A DNA stretch of 54,094 nucleotides from an uncultured archaeon (GCA_902386385.1 CABMIU010000025.1:1-54094); one strand, 5' to 3'; shown: positions 9,535 through 17,403, numbered from the stretch's first letter. Notes: generated by a model from the sequence alone, not told the origin. Program-made: numbers and translations.

Positions 9535-10176
9535 TCAGTGCTCGCGCATGAGAACTTCCACTTCGTGCCTCGAATGCCTTTTACCCAGGCCAAGGATTAC
9601 TGCAATCGCCTTCATGAGAAGGGCAACCACTCCAAAGAGGAAAACCGTTTTCCCGCTGACGGTTGTGAGAAAATAGCCGGACCTCAAAAAGGAGAGGTGA
9701 ATCAGCATGAACACGAGCGCAGCATACCCTATTGGCTGCAGGGATTTCCAGTTACCGAACCCAATTCTTTCAAGGTAATGCGGAAGCGATGCAATTGCGA
9801 GGCCGCAGAGGACTGCAAGGCCAAGCACCCAGAAAACCCATGCCAGAAAGTCAGGGTTCTGGGCAGAGAACATGAAAAGGAAATCAAGCTTGTATGCACC
9901 CACCGCAGCAATGCCAAAATAAAGCAGGGCAAACAATGTGCCTGCGTATGCAACCGGCTTCCTGTAAAGGAGGTCATGGCTGAACTTTTTCGGGAATACG
10001 CGCGACAAAGGGCCGAGGACAAGGGCAACCGAAACCATTATCATCGAGGCGACAAGCAGCGAGCGCCCTGTGTTTTCCCAGAAGCCGAAGCCGTTGCCGG
10101 AAATAAGGTTGAATGTCAGGAAAAAAAGCAGCACGAGGAACGAATTCACATAAGCCCTGAACTCGCCCCAGTACAT
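9535..10176 (-). CDS. Polytopic membrane protein, function unknown
   Basis: 213 aa with about 6 hydrophobic helices. I recognised no motif with confidence. Confidence 0.5.
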   Translation of the reverse strand: MYWGEFRAYVNSFLVLLFFLTFNLISGNGFGFWENTGRSLLVASMIMVSVALVLGPLSRVFPKKFSHDLLYRKPVAYAGTLFALLYFGIAAVGAYKLDFLFMFSAQNPDFLAWVFWVLGLAVLCGLAIASLPHYLERIGFGNWKSLQPIGYAALVFMLIHLSFLRSGYFLTTVSGKTVFLFGVVALLMKAIAVILGLGKRHSRHEVEVLMREH

Positions 10177-10384
10177 GCTGAAATTAATGGGAAAACGGAT
10201 ATTTATTACTTACTTTGCCTCCGTCCCCAACAAAAACAAAAAAATGCCCGAAGCCTCGCAAGGCAAAAAAGGACAATTGGCAAAATGGCCTTTTGATTTT
10301 GTGGTACAGCGAACTGGAATTTTGCCGAAGCTGCATTAGTGTTTTAATCTCTTCATCTTTCCATTCTTCCGCGGGCAGGGTGAC

Positions 10385-11167
10385 ATGCAGGGGCTTTCGG
10401 CTGCAAAACAGGAAATAGAGAAGGGCGTTCTGGCGAAGAGCATGCTGACCATAGTCGGCGACTGCTCTGTTGACTACTTAGGCAGGGCTACCTCCACCCT
10501 TGCGATGGGAAAGCGGCTCGTGCTTATAAAGGGCGACGGCTCGGTTTCAATCCACCAGAACAGGCTCGTTCGCCCCACGAATTACATGGTCGGGACAAAA
10601 ATATCCTGCGAGCTATGCAACGGGGGCAGCAATCTCGTGCTGAGGGCGAGCAAGCAAAGGCCAAAGGAAGACCTGACAATAATATTCAGCGGCATTGATG
10701 ACCTCAAGGCGTATGAAATGGAGATTGTGAATGACCTTAGGCTCAGCGGCTCCGAACGCGACCTAAACGAGATGCTGATGCAGGACCTTTCAATGATAGA
10801 GCCAGGCCTGAAACCGGTCAACCAGCAGCAGCATTTCCAGAAAGGGGTATGCGACATCATTGCGGAGGACAGGGAAGGCAATTTCGTCGTCATCGAGCTC
10901 AAGAGGAGGCAGGCGGATTACGCAGGTGTCACCCAGTTGCACCGTTACATGCATGAAGTGCAGAAAATGAAGGGCAGGAAAACAAGGGGAATCCTCCTTG
11001 CGCCAGATATAAGGAAGAACGCAAAGAATCTCCTCGAACAACTCGGATTGGAATTCGCGAAGCTCGACTTCGAGCTCACGCCGAGCGGGGAGGAAAAGGC
11101 GAAAATAAAGGGACTGGAGAGGAAACAGAGCAAAATCACGGAGCACATGCACCCGCAACAGGGTTGA
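10385..11167 (+). CDS. nucS: Endonuclease NucS (EndoMS)
   Basis: 260 aa. The N-terminal ..LTIVGDCSVDYLGRATSTLAMGKRLVLIKGDGSVSIHQ.. and C-terminal ..GVCDIIAEDREGNFVVIELKRRQADYAGVTQLHRY.. segments match the two NucS domains. Confidence 0.8.
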   Translation: MQGLSAAKQEIEKGVLAKSMLTIVGDCSVDYLGRATSTLAMGKRLVLIKGDGSVSIHQNRLVRPTNYMVGTKISCELCNGGSNLVLRASKQRPKEDLTIIFSGIDDLKAYEMEIVNDLRLSGSERDLNEMLMQDLSMIEPGLKPVNQQQHFQKGVCDIIAEDREGNFVVIELKRRQADYAGVTQLHRYMHEVQKMKGRKTRGILLAPDIRKNAKNLLEQLGLEFAKLDFELTPSGEEKAKIKGLERKQSKITEHMHPQQG

Positions 11168-11213
11168 TGCATTAGCAGAAACCAAGCGAGAATTGGATTT
11201 TATTCGGTTTTAT

Positions 11214-12482
11214 TTATTTTTTGAACTGGCTTTCGCCTGCAAACAATGCTTTCTTTCCAAGCGCTTCCTCAATCGCGAGAAGCCGGTTGTATTTCGCCGT
11301 GCGCTCGCCCCTCGCGGTTGCGCCGAACTTGCTCTGGCCCGCGCCAATGCCGACGCAGAAATCGGCAATGAAGGAATCCTCGGTTTCGCCGGAGCGGTGC
11401 GAAACAACGACTTTCCAGCCCGCTTTCGAGGCGAGCTTTGCGGCTTCAATCGACTCGGAAACGGTGCCTATCTGGTTCAGCTTGAGGAGGAGCGCATTGC
11501 ATGCTTCCATCCCAATGGCCTCCTTGATGCGATTTGGATTGGTAACCAGGAGGTCATCCCCGACAATCTGCACCTTCGCCCCGAGCCTTGAAGTGAGACC
11601 CATCCAGCCCTTCCAGTCGTCCTCCGCAAGGCCATCCTCGATTGAAATTATCCTGTGCCTGCTGGCAAGGTCGCTGTAAAAATCAATCAGCTCCCCTGAA
11701 GAAAATTGGGCGGATTCCACTTGGTATTTCTTGCCGTTGAAGAACTCGGAAGCTGCGCAATCAAGCCCCAAAAAAACCCTCCCTGAATAGCCCGCATCCT
11801 CAATTGCCTTTTCCATCATCACAAGGCGCTCCCCGAAAGCCAGGCCAGGGGCAAATCCCCCCTCGTCCGCGAGGTGCGTTCCTGCTGCCCCGAATTTGCC
11901 TTTCATCAGGCTCTTGAGGCAGTGATAGGATTCCACGGATGCCTGCAAGGCCCCCGAAAAAGAATTGAACTTCAGCGGAATGAACATGTGCTCCTGTATG
12001 TCGTTCTCCTTTCCGGCGTGCTTGCCGCCGTTGATTACATTAACCATCGGCACGGGCAGGGCAAATTTTTTGTTGCCGGAAATCTTCCCGATGCACTCAA
12101 ACAGCTCCGTTCCCTGTTCGGCCGCAATTGCGCGGGTGAATGCCATTGAAACCGAAAGGATTGCGTTCGCGCCGAGCTTTTCCTTGTTTTCGGTGCCGTC
12201 AAGGCAGATAAGGGAATCATCGAGCTCCTTCTGCGAAGCGAAATTTTTTCCCGATATTTTTTTTGCGATTGCGGTGTTCACGTTTGAAACAGCCTTAAGG
12301 ACGCCTTTGCCCATCCATTCCTTTGCATTGTCCCTCAGCTCATGGGCCTCATGGCTCCCTGTCGAGGCCCCGCTCGGGACCATCGCGGAAAAAATGCCTT
12401 CCCTTGTCGCGAGCCCGCACTGCACAGTCGGGAAGCCCCTGCTGTCCAGCACCTGAAGCGCATGAACGGATTTTATCTTCAT
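11214..12482 (-). CDS. eno: Enolase
   Basis: The start was moved to the ATG at 12482 (MKIKSVHALQVLDSRGFPTVQ..). Motifs include ..SGASTGSHEA.., ..VGDDL.. and ..SHRSGETED... Confidence 0.95.
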   Translation of the reverse strand: MKIKSVHALQVLDSRGFPTVQCGLATREGIFSAMVPSGASTGSHEAHELRDNAKEWMGKGVLKAVSNVNTAIAKKISGKNFASQKELDDSLICLDGTENKEKLGANAILSVSMAFTRAIAAEQGTELFECIGKISGNKKFALPVPMVNVINGGKHAGKENDIQEHMFIPLKFNSFSGALQASVESYHCLKSLMKGKFGAAGTHLADEGGFAPGLAFGERLVMMEKAIEDAGYSGRVFLGLDCAASEFFNGKKYQVESAQFSSGELIDFYSDLASRHRIISIEDGLAEDDWKGWMGLTSRLGAKVQIVGDDLLVTNPNRIKEAIGMEACNALLLKLNQIGTVSESIEAAKLASKAGWKVVVSHRSGETEDSFIADFCVGIGAGQSKFGATARGERTAKYNRLLAIEEALGKKALFAGESQFKK

Positions 12483-12639
12483 GGAAAGAAATTGCGCAGT
12501 CCAGTATTTATTGGTTTGCACTGCAAGCTGAGAATTATCACTCCAACAAAAACGCCAAGACAGAATCAAGACGTCTGACAATTTTGGTTTTGGCCATGAA
12601 TGTTTTTGGCAGATTAATTCATACAGAATACTGCAAAGT

Positions 12640-13365
12640 TCACGAGCTCCTTATTTCCCTAGCTTTTTCAGCTGCTTTTTTCACGATGCCGGAGAAGTCA
12701 ACATCCTTGAGCAGGACCCTCGCAATGCTGGAGGAAATGTGGCCCTGCAATGCGCTCGTGTCGGTCTCCGGCAGTTTCCCTGAAACCAGTTTTTTCAGCT
12801 CTTCCTCGGTGAAGGATATGTATTTCAGGCCCCGCAGGCGCAGTTCGGTCGGGCTGCCTTTCTCGCTCAGGATTTCTGAAACAAGGGCGAAATCTATTTT
12901 CGAGAACCGGGAAGTGTAAAAGGCGTCAAACATGAGGTCGCGGCCGAGGAGAATGCAGGATTCAGCCGAAACCCTGCCTGAAGCGATAAGGCCTTTTATT
13001 GCCTCCTGCTTGTAGTACTCGTCAACAAAGCCGGGGCTTTTCATTGACTCGAGAAGGCGGTTGCGGTCAAACTCCAGCTTGGAATTGATATATTCAGGAG
13101 TAAGGAAAATCGTGTTCTCGCCCCTGAAAAAACCACTTATGCCAAGTTCGCCAATCTTTGCCATTGCCTGCTCTTCCTTCTGCCCCGCAACCAAAAAAAG
13201 CTCAACAACGCCCTCTGACTCAAGCTTTGAAAGGCCTTGCATTGCCGCCAAGGCAGCGGCTGAAGCAGCCCCCTCGCCTTTCCCGCTTTCGCGCGGGAAG
13301 GATTCAGGCGTAAAAATCAATGCCTTCGTTGGGCTGTTTTTTTTGTACGGCGCCATAAGAATCAA
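12640..13365 (-). CDS. Hypothetical protein
   Basis: 241-aa ORF with protein-like composition and no recognised motif. It is divergent from prs. Confidence 0.45.
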   Translation of the reverse strand: MILMAPYKKNSPTKALIFTPESFPRESGKGEGAASAAALAAMQGLSKLESEGVVELFLVAGQKEEQAMAKIGELGISGFFRGENTIFLTPEYINSKLEFDRNRLLESMKSPGFVDEYYKQEAIKGLIASGRVSAESCILLGRDLMFDAFYTSRFSKIDFALVSEILSEKGSPTELRLRGLKYISFTEEELKKLVSGKLPETDTSALQGHISSSIARVLLKDVDFSGIVKKAAEKAREIRSS

Positions 13366-13394
13366 ATGCCCTGAAAAAAACAGGCTAAAAAAGG

Positions 13395-13402
13395 TTTATA
13401 TT
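13395..13402 (+). promoter_or_regulatory. TATA box candidate for prs
   Basis: AAAGGTTTATATTAAG. The same AAAGGTTTATAT core recurs at 14857-14869. Its position favours the ATG at 13432 over 13408 as the prs start. Confidence 0.4.
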
Positions 13403-13431
13403 AAGCCATGCCCAATAGTATATCGAGAAGC

Positions 13432-14373
13432 ATGAACAGCGAAAGCAGCATACTCCTTTTTTCCGGCAAAAGCAACCCCGGGCTGGCTTCCGAAGTCGCA
13501 AAGGACCTCAAAATACCCCTTGGAAAGGTCGAGTTGACAAAGTTTGCCGACGGCGAAACCTATGTCAATTACGGCGAGACACTGAGGGGAAGAGACGTTT
13601 ACATAATGCAGAGCACCTGCAACCCGCAGAATGACAACCTCATGGAAATGCTCATAATGGTTGATGCCGCGAAGCGCGCGGCGGCCCAGAGGATAACCTG
13701 CGTGATACCCTACTATGGCTATGCAAAGCAGGACAGGAAGGCTCATGACCGTGAGCCAATAACGGCAAAGCTCATTGCAAAGCTCATTCAGTCGGCAGGG
13801 GCTGACGCGGTCCTCACCATGGATTTGCATGCTGACCAGATTCAGGGCTTTTTCGACATCAGGGCGGATTTCCTCTATGCTTCCGGGGTGCTCACGAAAT
13901 ATTTCCTGCAGAAGGACCTGAAGGACATCATGGTTGTAGCGCCTGATGTGGGCAGCACAAAGAGGGCCCGCAAGTACGCGAAAATACTCGGAAGTGATTT
14001 GGCGATAATAGACAAGCGCAGGCCAAAGCCAAATGTGAGCGAGGTGGTCAACCTCATCGGGGATGTCAGCGGAAAAGTCTGCCTCATCGTGGATGATGAA
14101 ATCAATACTGGCGGGACAATAGTCAATGCCGCCGAGGCCCTGATAAAGAAAGGCGCAAAGGAAGTTTATGTCATGGCCTCGCACGCGGTTTTTGCGGGAG
14201 AAGCAATCGGGAAGATAGAGAAAAGCAGCATTAAGGAAATCATTGTCACAAACAGCATACCTGCGCGCTCTGAAAGCCGTAAGATTAAAGTTGTTTCAGT
14301 CGCCCGCCTCTTTGCGGATGCGATAAGATGCATGCACACAAACAAATCCCTGTCCGAACTACTCGGAAGGTAA
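13432..14373 (+). CDS. prs: Ribose-phosphate pyrophosphokinase
   Basis: MNSESSILLFSGKSNPGLASEVAKDL.., ..YYGYAKQDRK.. and ..LIVDDEINTGGT.. (PRPP-binding loop). An alternative start lies at 13408. Confidence 0.9.
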   Translation: MNSESSILLFSGKSNPGLASEVAKDLKIPLGKVELTKFADGETYVNYGETLRGRDVYIMQSTCNPQNDNLMEMLIMVDAAKRAAAQRITCVIPYYGYAKQDRKAHDREPITAKLIAKLIQSAGADAVLTMDLHADQIQGFFDIRADFLYASGVLTKYFLQKDLKDIMVVAPDVGSTKRARKYAKILGSDLAIIDKRRPKPNVSEVVNLIGDVSGKVCLIVDDEINTGGTIVNAAEALIKKGAKEVYVMASHAVFAGEAIGKIEKSSIKEIIVTNSIPARSESRKIKVVSVARLFADAIRCMHTNKSLSELLGR

Positions 14374-14525
14374 TCATCCAAGGCTGACCGAAGGCCACCT
14401 CCCTTCCGATAAGCTCCCGGATTGGACAAATGACGTCCTTGCAGGGTTTTGCAAGGCAAATTTCCAAAAGCCCTTAACCTTTTCACCGGATTAACTTTGA
14501 AACGCGCCATAGTTCCAGAAAGTAA

Positions 14526-14534
14526 TTTATATAA
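14526..14534 (+). promoter_or_regulatory. TATA box candidate with no long ORF downstream
   Basis: AATTTATATAAG. The expected transcription start, near 14555, precedes a structured segment at 14590-14662. Confidence 0.3.
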
Positions 14535-14861
14535 GAAAGGGTCCAGATGGAAAATGAGGTGATGATAGAGACAAGGTCTATCAAACTTCGATGGCGTTGG
14601 GGTCAGGCTCACTCGGCTTTGAGAGGAGAACTGCTAAGAGTTCTATGTGATCCCAACCCATCACTCTTATCCTGCTTTCCGAAATACCCCGCTCTTTCAG
14701 ACCATTAGGCATTGCCCTAATGATTTCAAAAAAGGCTTATTTTCCAGCGCCTGGATTTATTGCATGAAATACCTCCTGATGATTGTCATGGCAGTCGTAA
14801 TCACCATTGTGCAATGGCGCCTTTCAGCAGGGTAGAGGCTCCGAAAAGCCATATGGAAAGG

Positions 14862-14869
14862 TTTATATA
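14862..14869 (+). promoter_or_regulatory. TATA box candidate upstream of a 27-codon ORF
   Basis: AAAGGTTTATATAGGG, with the same core as the prs promoter candidate. Confidence 0.3.
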
Positions 14870-14975
14870 GGGTTGCCAGGAGGAGTACTTCAGAAAGAAG
14901 ATAAAATGCAATAACAGAGCGATTCTGGAAATCATTCTATTTCTTTCAATATCCAAAAAATCAGAGGTGAATTCA

Positions 14976-15059
14976 ATGATACAATTCAAGTACTGCAGGC
15001 AGTGCCACGAAGTGACACAGGAACCTGCAAACGCGTCAGAGCAGCACAAATGCTTCTGA
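14976..15059 (+). CDS. Candidate micro-protein (27 aa, MIQFKYCRQCHEVTQEPANASEQHKCF)
   Basis: The ATG is preceded by GAGGTGA (14964-14970) at Shine-Dalgarno distance. The product has CxxC plus a C-terminal HxC. It is too short to appear in the ORF track. Confidence 0.2.
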   Translation: MIQFKYCRQCHEVTQEPANASEQHKCF

Positions 15060-15240
15060 AGCCGGCCTTGAAAGGCCATTATATTTGGAAGGCATGATGG
15101 GCAATCACAACTACACGGGGCCCAATGCTTTACAAAAGCTGCCCGCCAATCAAAATGAACGGGGGCGGGCGGCAAAAAATAAATTTATTTCTCCAGCGAG
15201 CCACGCTTTTATTCTTGGCACAGCTTTTCAGCGAAGCTGA

Positions 15241-15293
15241 CACTTTTCTTTTTGGTAAAGCTTTTTCTTTTCGTGTCAACGAAAAGAAAAAGG
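15241..15293 (-). repeat. 53-nt repeat, copy 1 (3' trailer of tRNA-Pro); contains the hairpin CTTTTTCTTTTCG-tgtcaa-CGAAAAGAAAAAG
   Basis: 47 of 53 positions are identical to 15412-15464, and only the central 6-nt linker differs. The oligo-T runs directly after the tRNA 3' end could also act as the terminator. Confidence 0.8.
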
Positions 15294-15330
15294 TTTGGGG
15301 TCGGGAGGATTTGAACCCCCGCCGCAGCGT

Positions 15331-15468
15331 CATTCGCAGCCTTTTTCTTTTTCTTGATAAGAAAAAGAAAAACGCTGGCGAAAAAGAAAAAGAACAGCCC
15401 ATAGGGCATTACACTTTTCTTTTTCCCCAGGCTTTTTCTTTTCGTGTCAACGAAAAGAAAAAGGCTGA
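15331..15468 (-). other. tRNA-Pro intron (BHB type, 138 nt)
   Basis: The BHB reads CAGCG/CGCTG, then a 4-bp TTCG/CGAA helix flanked by the 3-nt bulges GGT and TGA, then CAGCC/GGCTG. Confidence 0.8.
15412..15464 (-). repeat. 53-nt repeat, copy 2 (5' part of the tRNA-Pro intron)
   Basis: See copy 1 at 15241-15293. Confidence 0.8.
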
Positions 15469-15660
15469 CCCGAACGCTGAATCCTACCAGGCTAGACTAC
15501 GACCCCGAACAACAATATTCAAAATATTTGACTTCTATGCCCGTCATTTTAGGCAGAAACTTTTGCGGTGGGCATGACAAGGAAAATTTTGCATGAAAGG
15601 CTTAAATACCCGAAGGGGCTAATGTTTTAATTTGATTTCAGGGGAGTGGGGGAATAATTT

Positions 15661-17370
15661 TTGGACGAGAAGTTCCTTGCGAGCATAAGCGACAAGTCCA
15701 GCGGCGAGCATTTTTCGGCTTTTCCTGAAGGGTATGAGAAGGGCAGGACAAAATTCGTTATAATCACCGGTTCCGTGATGAGCGGCATAGGGAAAGGCAT
15801 TTTTTCCTCCGCATTGGGTAAGACCCTGCAGGACAGGAACCTGAAGGTCGCGCCGATAAAGGTCGAGGCTTACCTCAACATCGATTCAGGCACCCTGAGT
15901 CCTTACAGGCATGGCGAAGTATTCGTGCTCGACGATGGCACTGAAACCGATATGGACCTCGGCAGCTACGAGAGGTTCCTTGACATGGAGCTTTCAAGGG
16001 ACAATTTCACCACTCACGGCCAGATTTACAAGAGGATTATTGAAAAGGAGAGGGCGGGCTTTTACCAGGGAAGGGATGTGCAGTACATTCCGCATGTCAC
16101 TGGCGAGACGAAGATGGTGCTCAGGAACCTCGCGATGAAGTCGAAGGCGGATATTGTGCTCATTGAAATCGGGGGCACTGTGGGCGACTACGAGAATCTG
16201 TTTGCGATGGAGAGCGTGAGGGAGCTAATTTATGAGGAAGGAGCACAGAATTGCTGCTTTGTCAACCTCACATACATCCTTGAGCCGCACCACCTCGGCG
16301 AGTTCAAGAGCAAGGCAGCGCAGATAGGCCTGAGGCAGCTCATGGGCCTGGGGCTCCAGCCAGACCTGATTGTGTGCAGGAGCGAGCACCCCATAACGAG
16401 GACAGTGAAGGAAAAAATTTCAATGAATGCGAATGTTCCTATCGAGAGGGTTTTCAACACTTATGATGTCGGCAACATTTACGAACTCCCTCTGTTCTAC
16501 AGGGAACAGGGCGTTGACGAGGCAATACTGCAGGTGCTCGGCATGGAGAAGAAGTTCAAGGTGAACGGCAGCAGGAGCCTGAGGGATTGGACGGAGAAGA
16601 ACATCCTGAAACCTGAAAAGGAAGTGACTATCGGGGTTGCCGGAAAATATACTGGAACAAGCGACACTTATATCAGCATTGTAAAGGCATTGGAGCACTG
16701 CTCGGCAGTGCTGAACGCAAAGGTTAACGTGAAGTGGATTGAAGCCACTGATGTCGAGAACGGCAAGAGCAGGATTGAGGAGGAAATGCAGGGCGTGGAC
16801 GGGGTAATCGTGCCTGGCGGATTCGGAACGCGCGGGGTAGAAGGAAAAATTGCGTGCGTCAAATACCTGCGTGAGAACAAGGTGCCTTTCCTCGGGATTT
16901 GCTACGGGTTCCAGATGGCGGTTATCGAATTCTGCCGCAGCATCTGCGGGGTAAAGAATGCCAACACAGAGGAAGTGAAGAAGGATTCCGAGAATAATGT
17001 AATATGCATACTGCCGGAGCAGGAAGAGGTAGAAGGCCTCGGGGGAACGCTCCGCCTCGGCGGGTTTGACATAAAGGTGAAGAAAGGGACCCTGGCATAC
17101 GAGCTTTACGGTAAAAAGGACAAGGTGCGCGAGAGGTTCAGGCACAGGTTCAATGTGAACACAAAGTTCATTGACCTGATTGAAAAGAACGGCATGGTAT
17201 TTTCAGGGATGGCTCCGCAGAAGAGGATAATGCAAATCCTTGAATTGCCGGGGCATCCTTTCTTTGTCGGGACGCAGTATCACGCGGAATTCACCTCAAG
17301 GCCCCTGAAGCCGAACCCTGTGTACCTAGGGTTCGTGAAAGCTGCGCTGAAGAAGAAGTACGGGAAATGA
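15661..17370 (+). CDS. pyrG: CTP synthase
   Basis: 569 aa with ..FVIITGSVMSGIGKG.. and ..PFLGICYGFQMAV.. (GATase Cys). TTG start. The N-terminus is about 28 aa longer than in typical PyrG proteins. Confidence 0.95.
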   Translation: MDEKFLASISDKSSGEHFSAFPEGYEKGRTKFVIITGSVMSGIGKGIFSSALGKTLQDRNLKVAPIKVEAYLNIDSGTLSPYRHGEVFVLDDGTETDMDLGSYERFLDMELSRDNFTTHGQIYKRIIEKERAGFYQGRDVQYIPHVTGETKMVLRNLAMKSKADIVLIEIGGTVGDYENLFAMESVRELIYEEGAQNCCFVNLTYILEPHHLGEFKSKAAQIGLRQLMGLGLQPDLIVCRSEHPITRTVKEKISMNANVPIERVFNTYDVGNIYELPLFYREQGVDEAILQVLGMEKKFKVNGSRSLRDWTEKNILKPEKEVTIGVAGKYTGTSDTYISIVKALEHCSAVLNAKVNVKWIEATDVENGKSRIEEEMQGVDGVIVPGGFGTRGVEGKIACVKYLRENKVPFLGICYGFQMAVIEFCRSICGVKNANTEEVKKDSENNVICILPEQEEVEGLGGTLRLGGFDIKVKKGTLAYELYGKKDKVRERFRHRFNVNTKFIDLIEKNGMVFSGMAPQKRIMQILELPGHPFFVGTQYHAEFTSRPLKPNPVYLGFVKAALKKKYGK

Positions 17371-17403
17371 GTATACTGCAGATAATCCGGCGAAGCGCAG
17401 AAT

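Larger units (their letters stand above)
15296..15506 (-). tRNA. tRNA-Pro (anticodon CGG) with a 138-nt intron at 37/38
   Basis: The 5' exon (15506-15469) is GGGGTCGTAGTCTAGCCTGGTAGGATTCAGCGTTCGGG. The 3' exon (15330-15296) is ACGCTGCGGCGGGGGTTCAAATCCTCCCGACCCCA. The acceptor stem is GGGGTCG/CGACCCC, the T-arm is GGGGG-TTCAAAT-CCTCC, and the spliced anticodon loop is TTCGGGA. No CCA is encoded. Confidence 0.85.

Noticed and set aside
14559-14620. A C/D box sRNA starting at GTGATGA (14559-14565)
   Set aside because: There is no CUGA D box at the expected ~12-nt guide spacing on the plus strand. The minus-strand alternative (GTGATGG ... CTGA) has non-canonical spacing of about 35 nt between the D'-like and D boxes.
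15241-15468. A CRISPR array, suggested by the short repeats with intervening sequence
   Set aside because: There are only three to four low-complexity palindromic units with unequal spacing and no uniform spacers. They are embedded in a tRNA gene whose exons and BHB motif account for the surrounding sequence, and no cas genes are present.
15331-15468. An intron-encoded C/D box guide RNA, as in the haloarchaeal tRNA-Trp intron
   Set aside because: Neither intron contains a RUGAUGA C box or a suitably placed CUGA D box.
15296-15506. A split or permuted tRNA (separately transcribed halves), given the terminator-like T-runs in the intron
   Set aside because: Both halves are contiguous and co-linear, and they form a canonical cis BHB. 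No promoter-like TATA is visible inside either intron.
15125-15577. A 150-aa ORF with the internal repeat AFSFRVNEKKK, and the antisense ORFs 15130..15402 and 15209..15409
   Set aside because: They are translations of the tRNA-Pro gene and its repeated Y/R hairpins. The repeated peptide simply mirrors the 53-nt DNA repeat.
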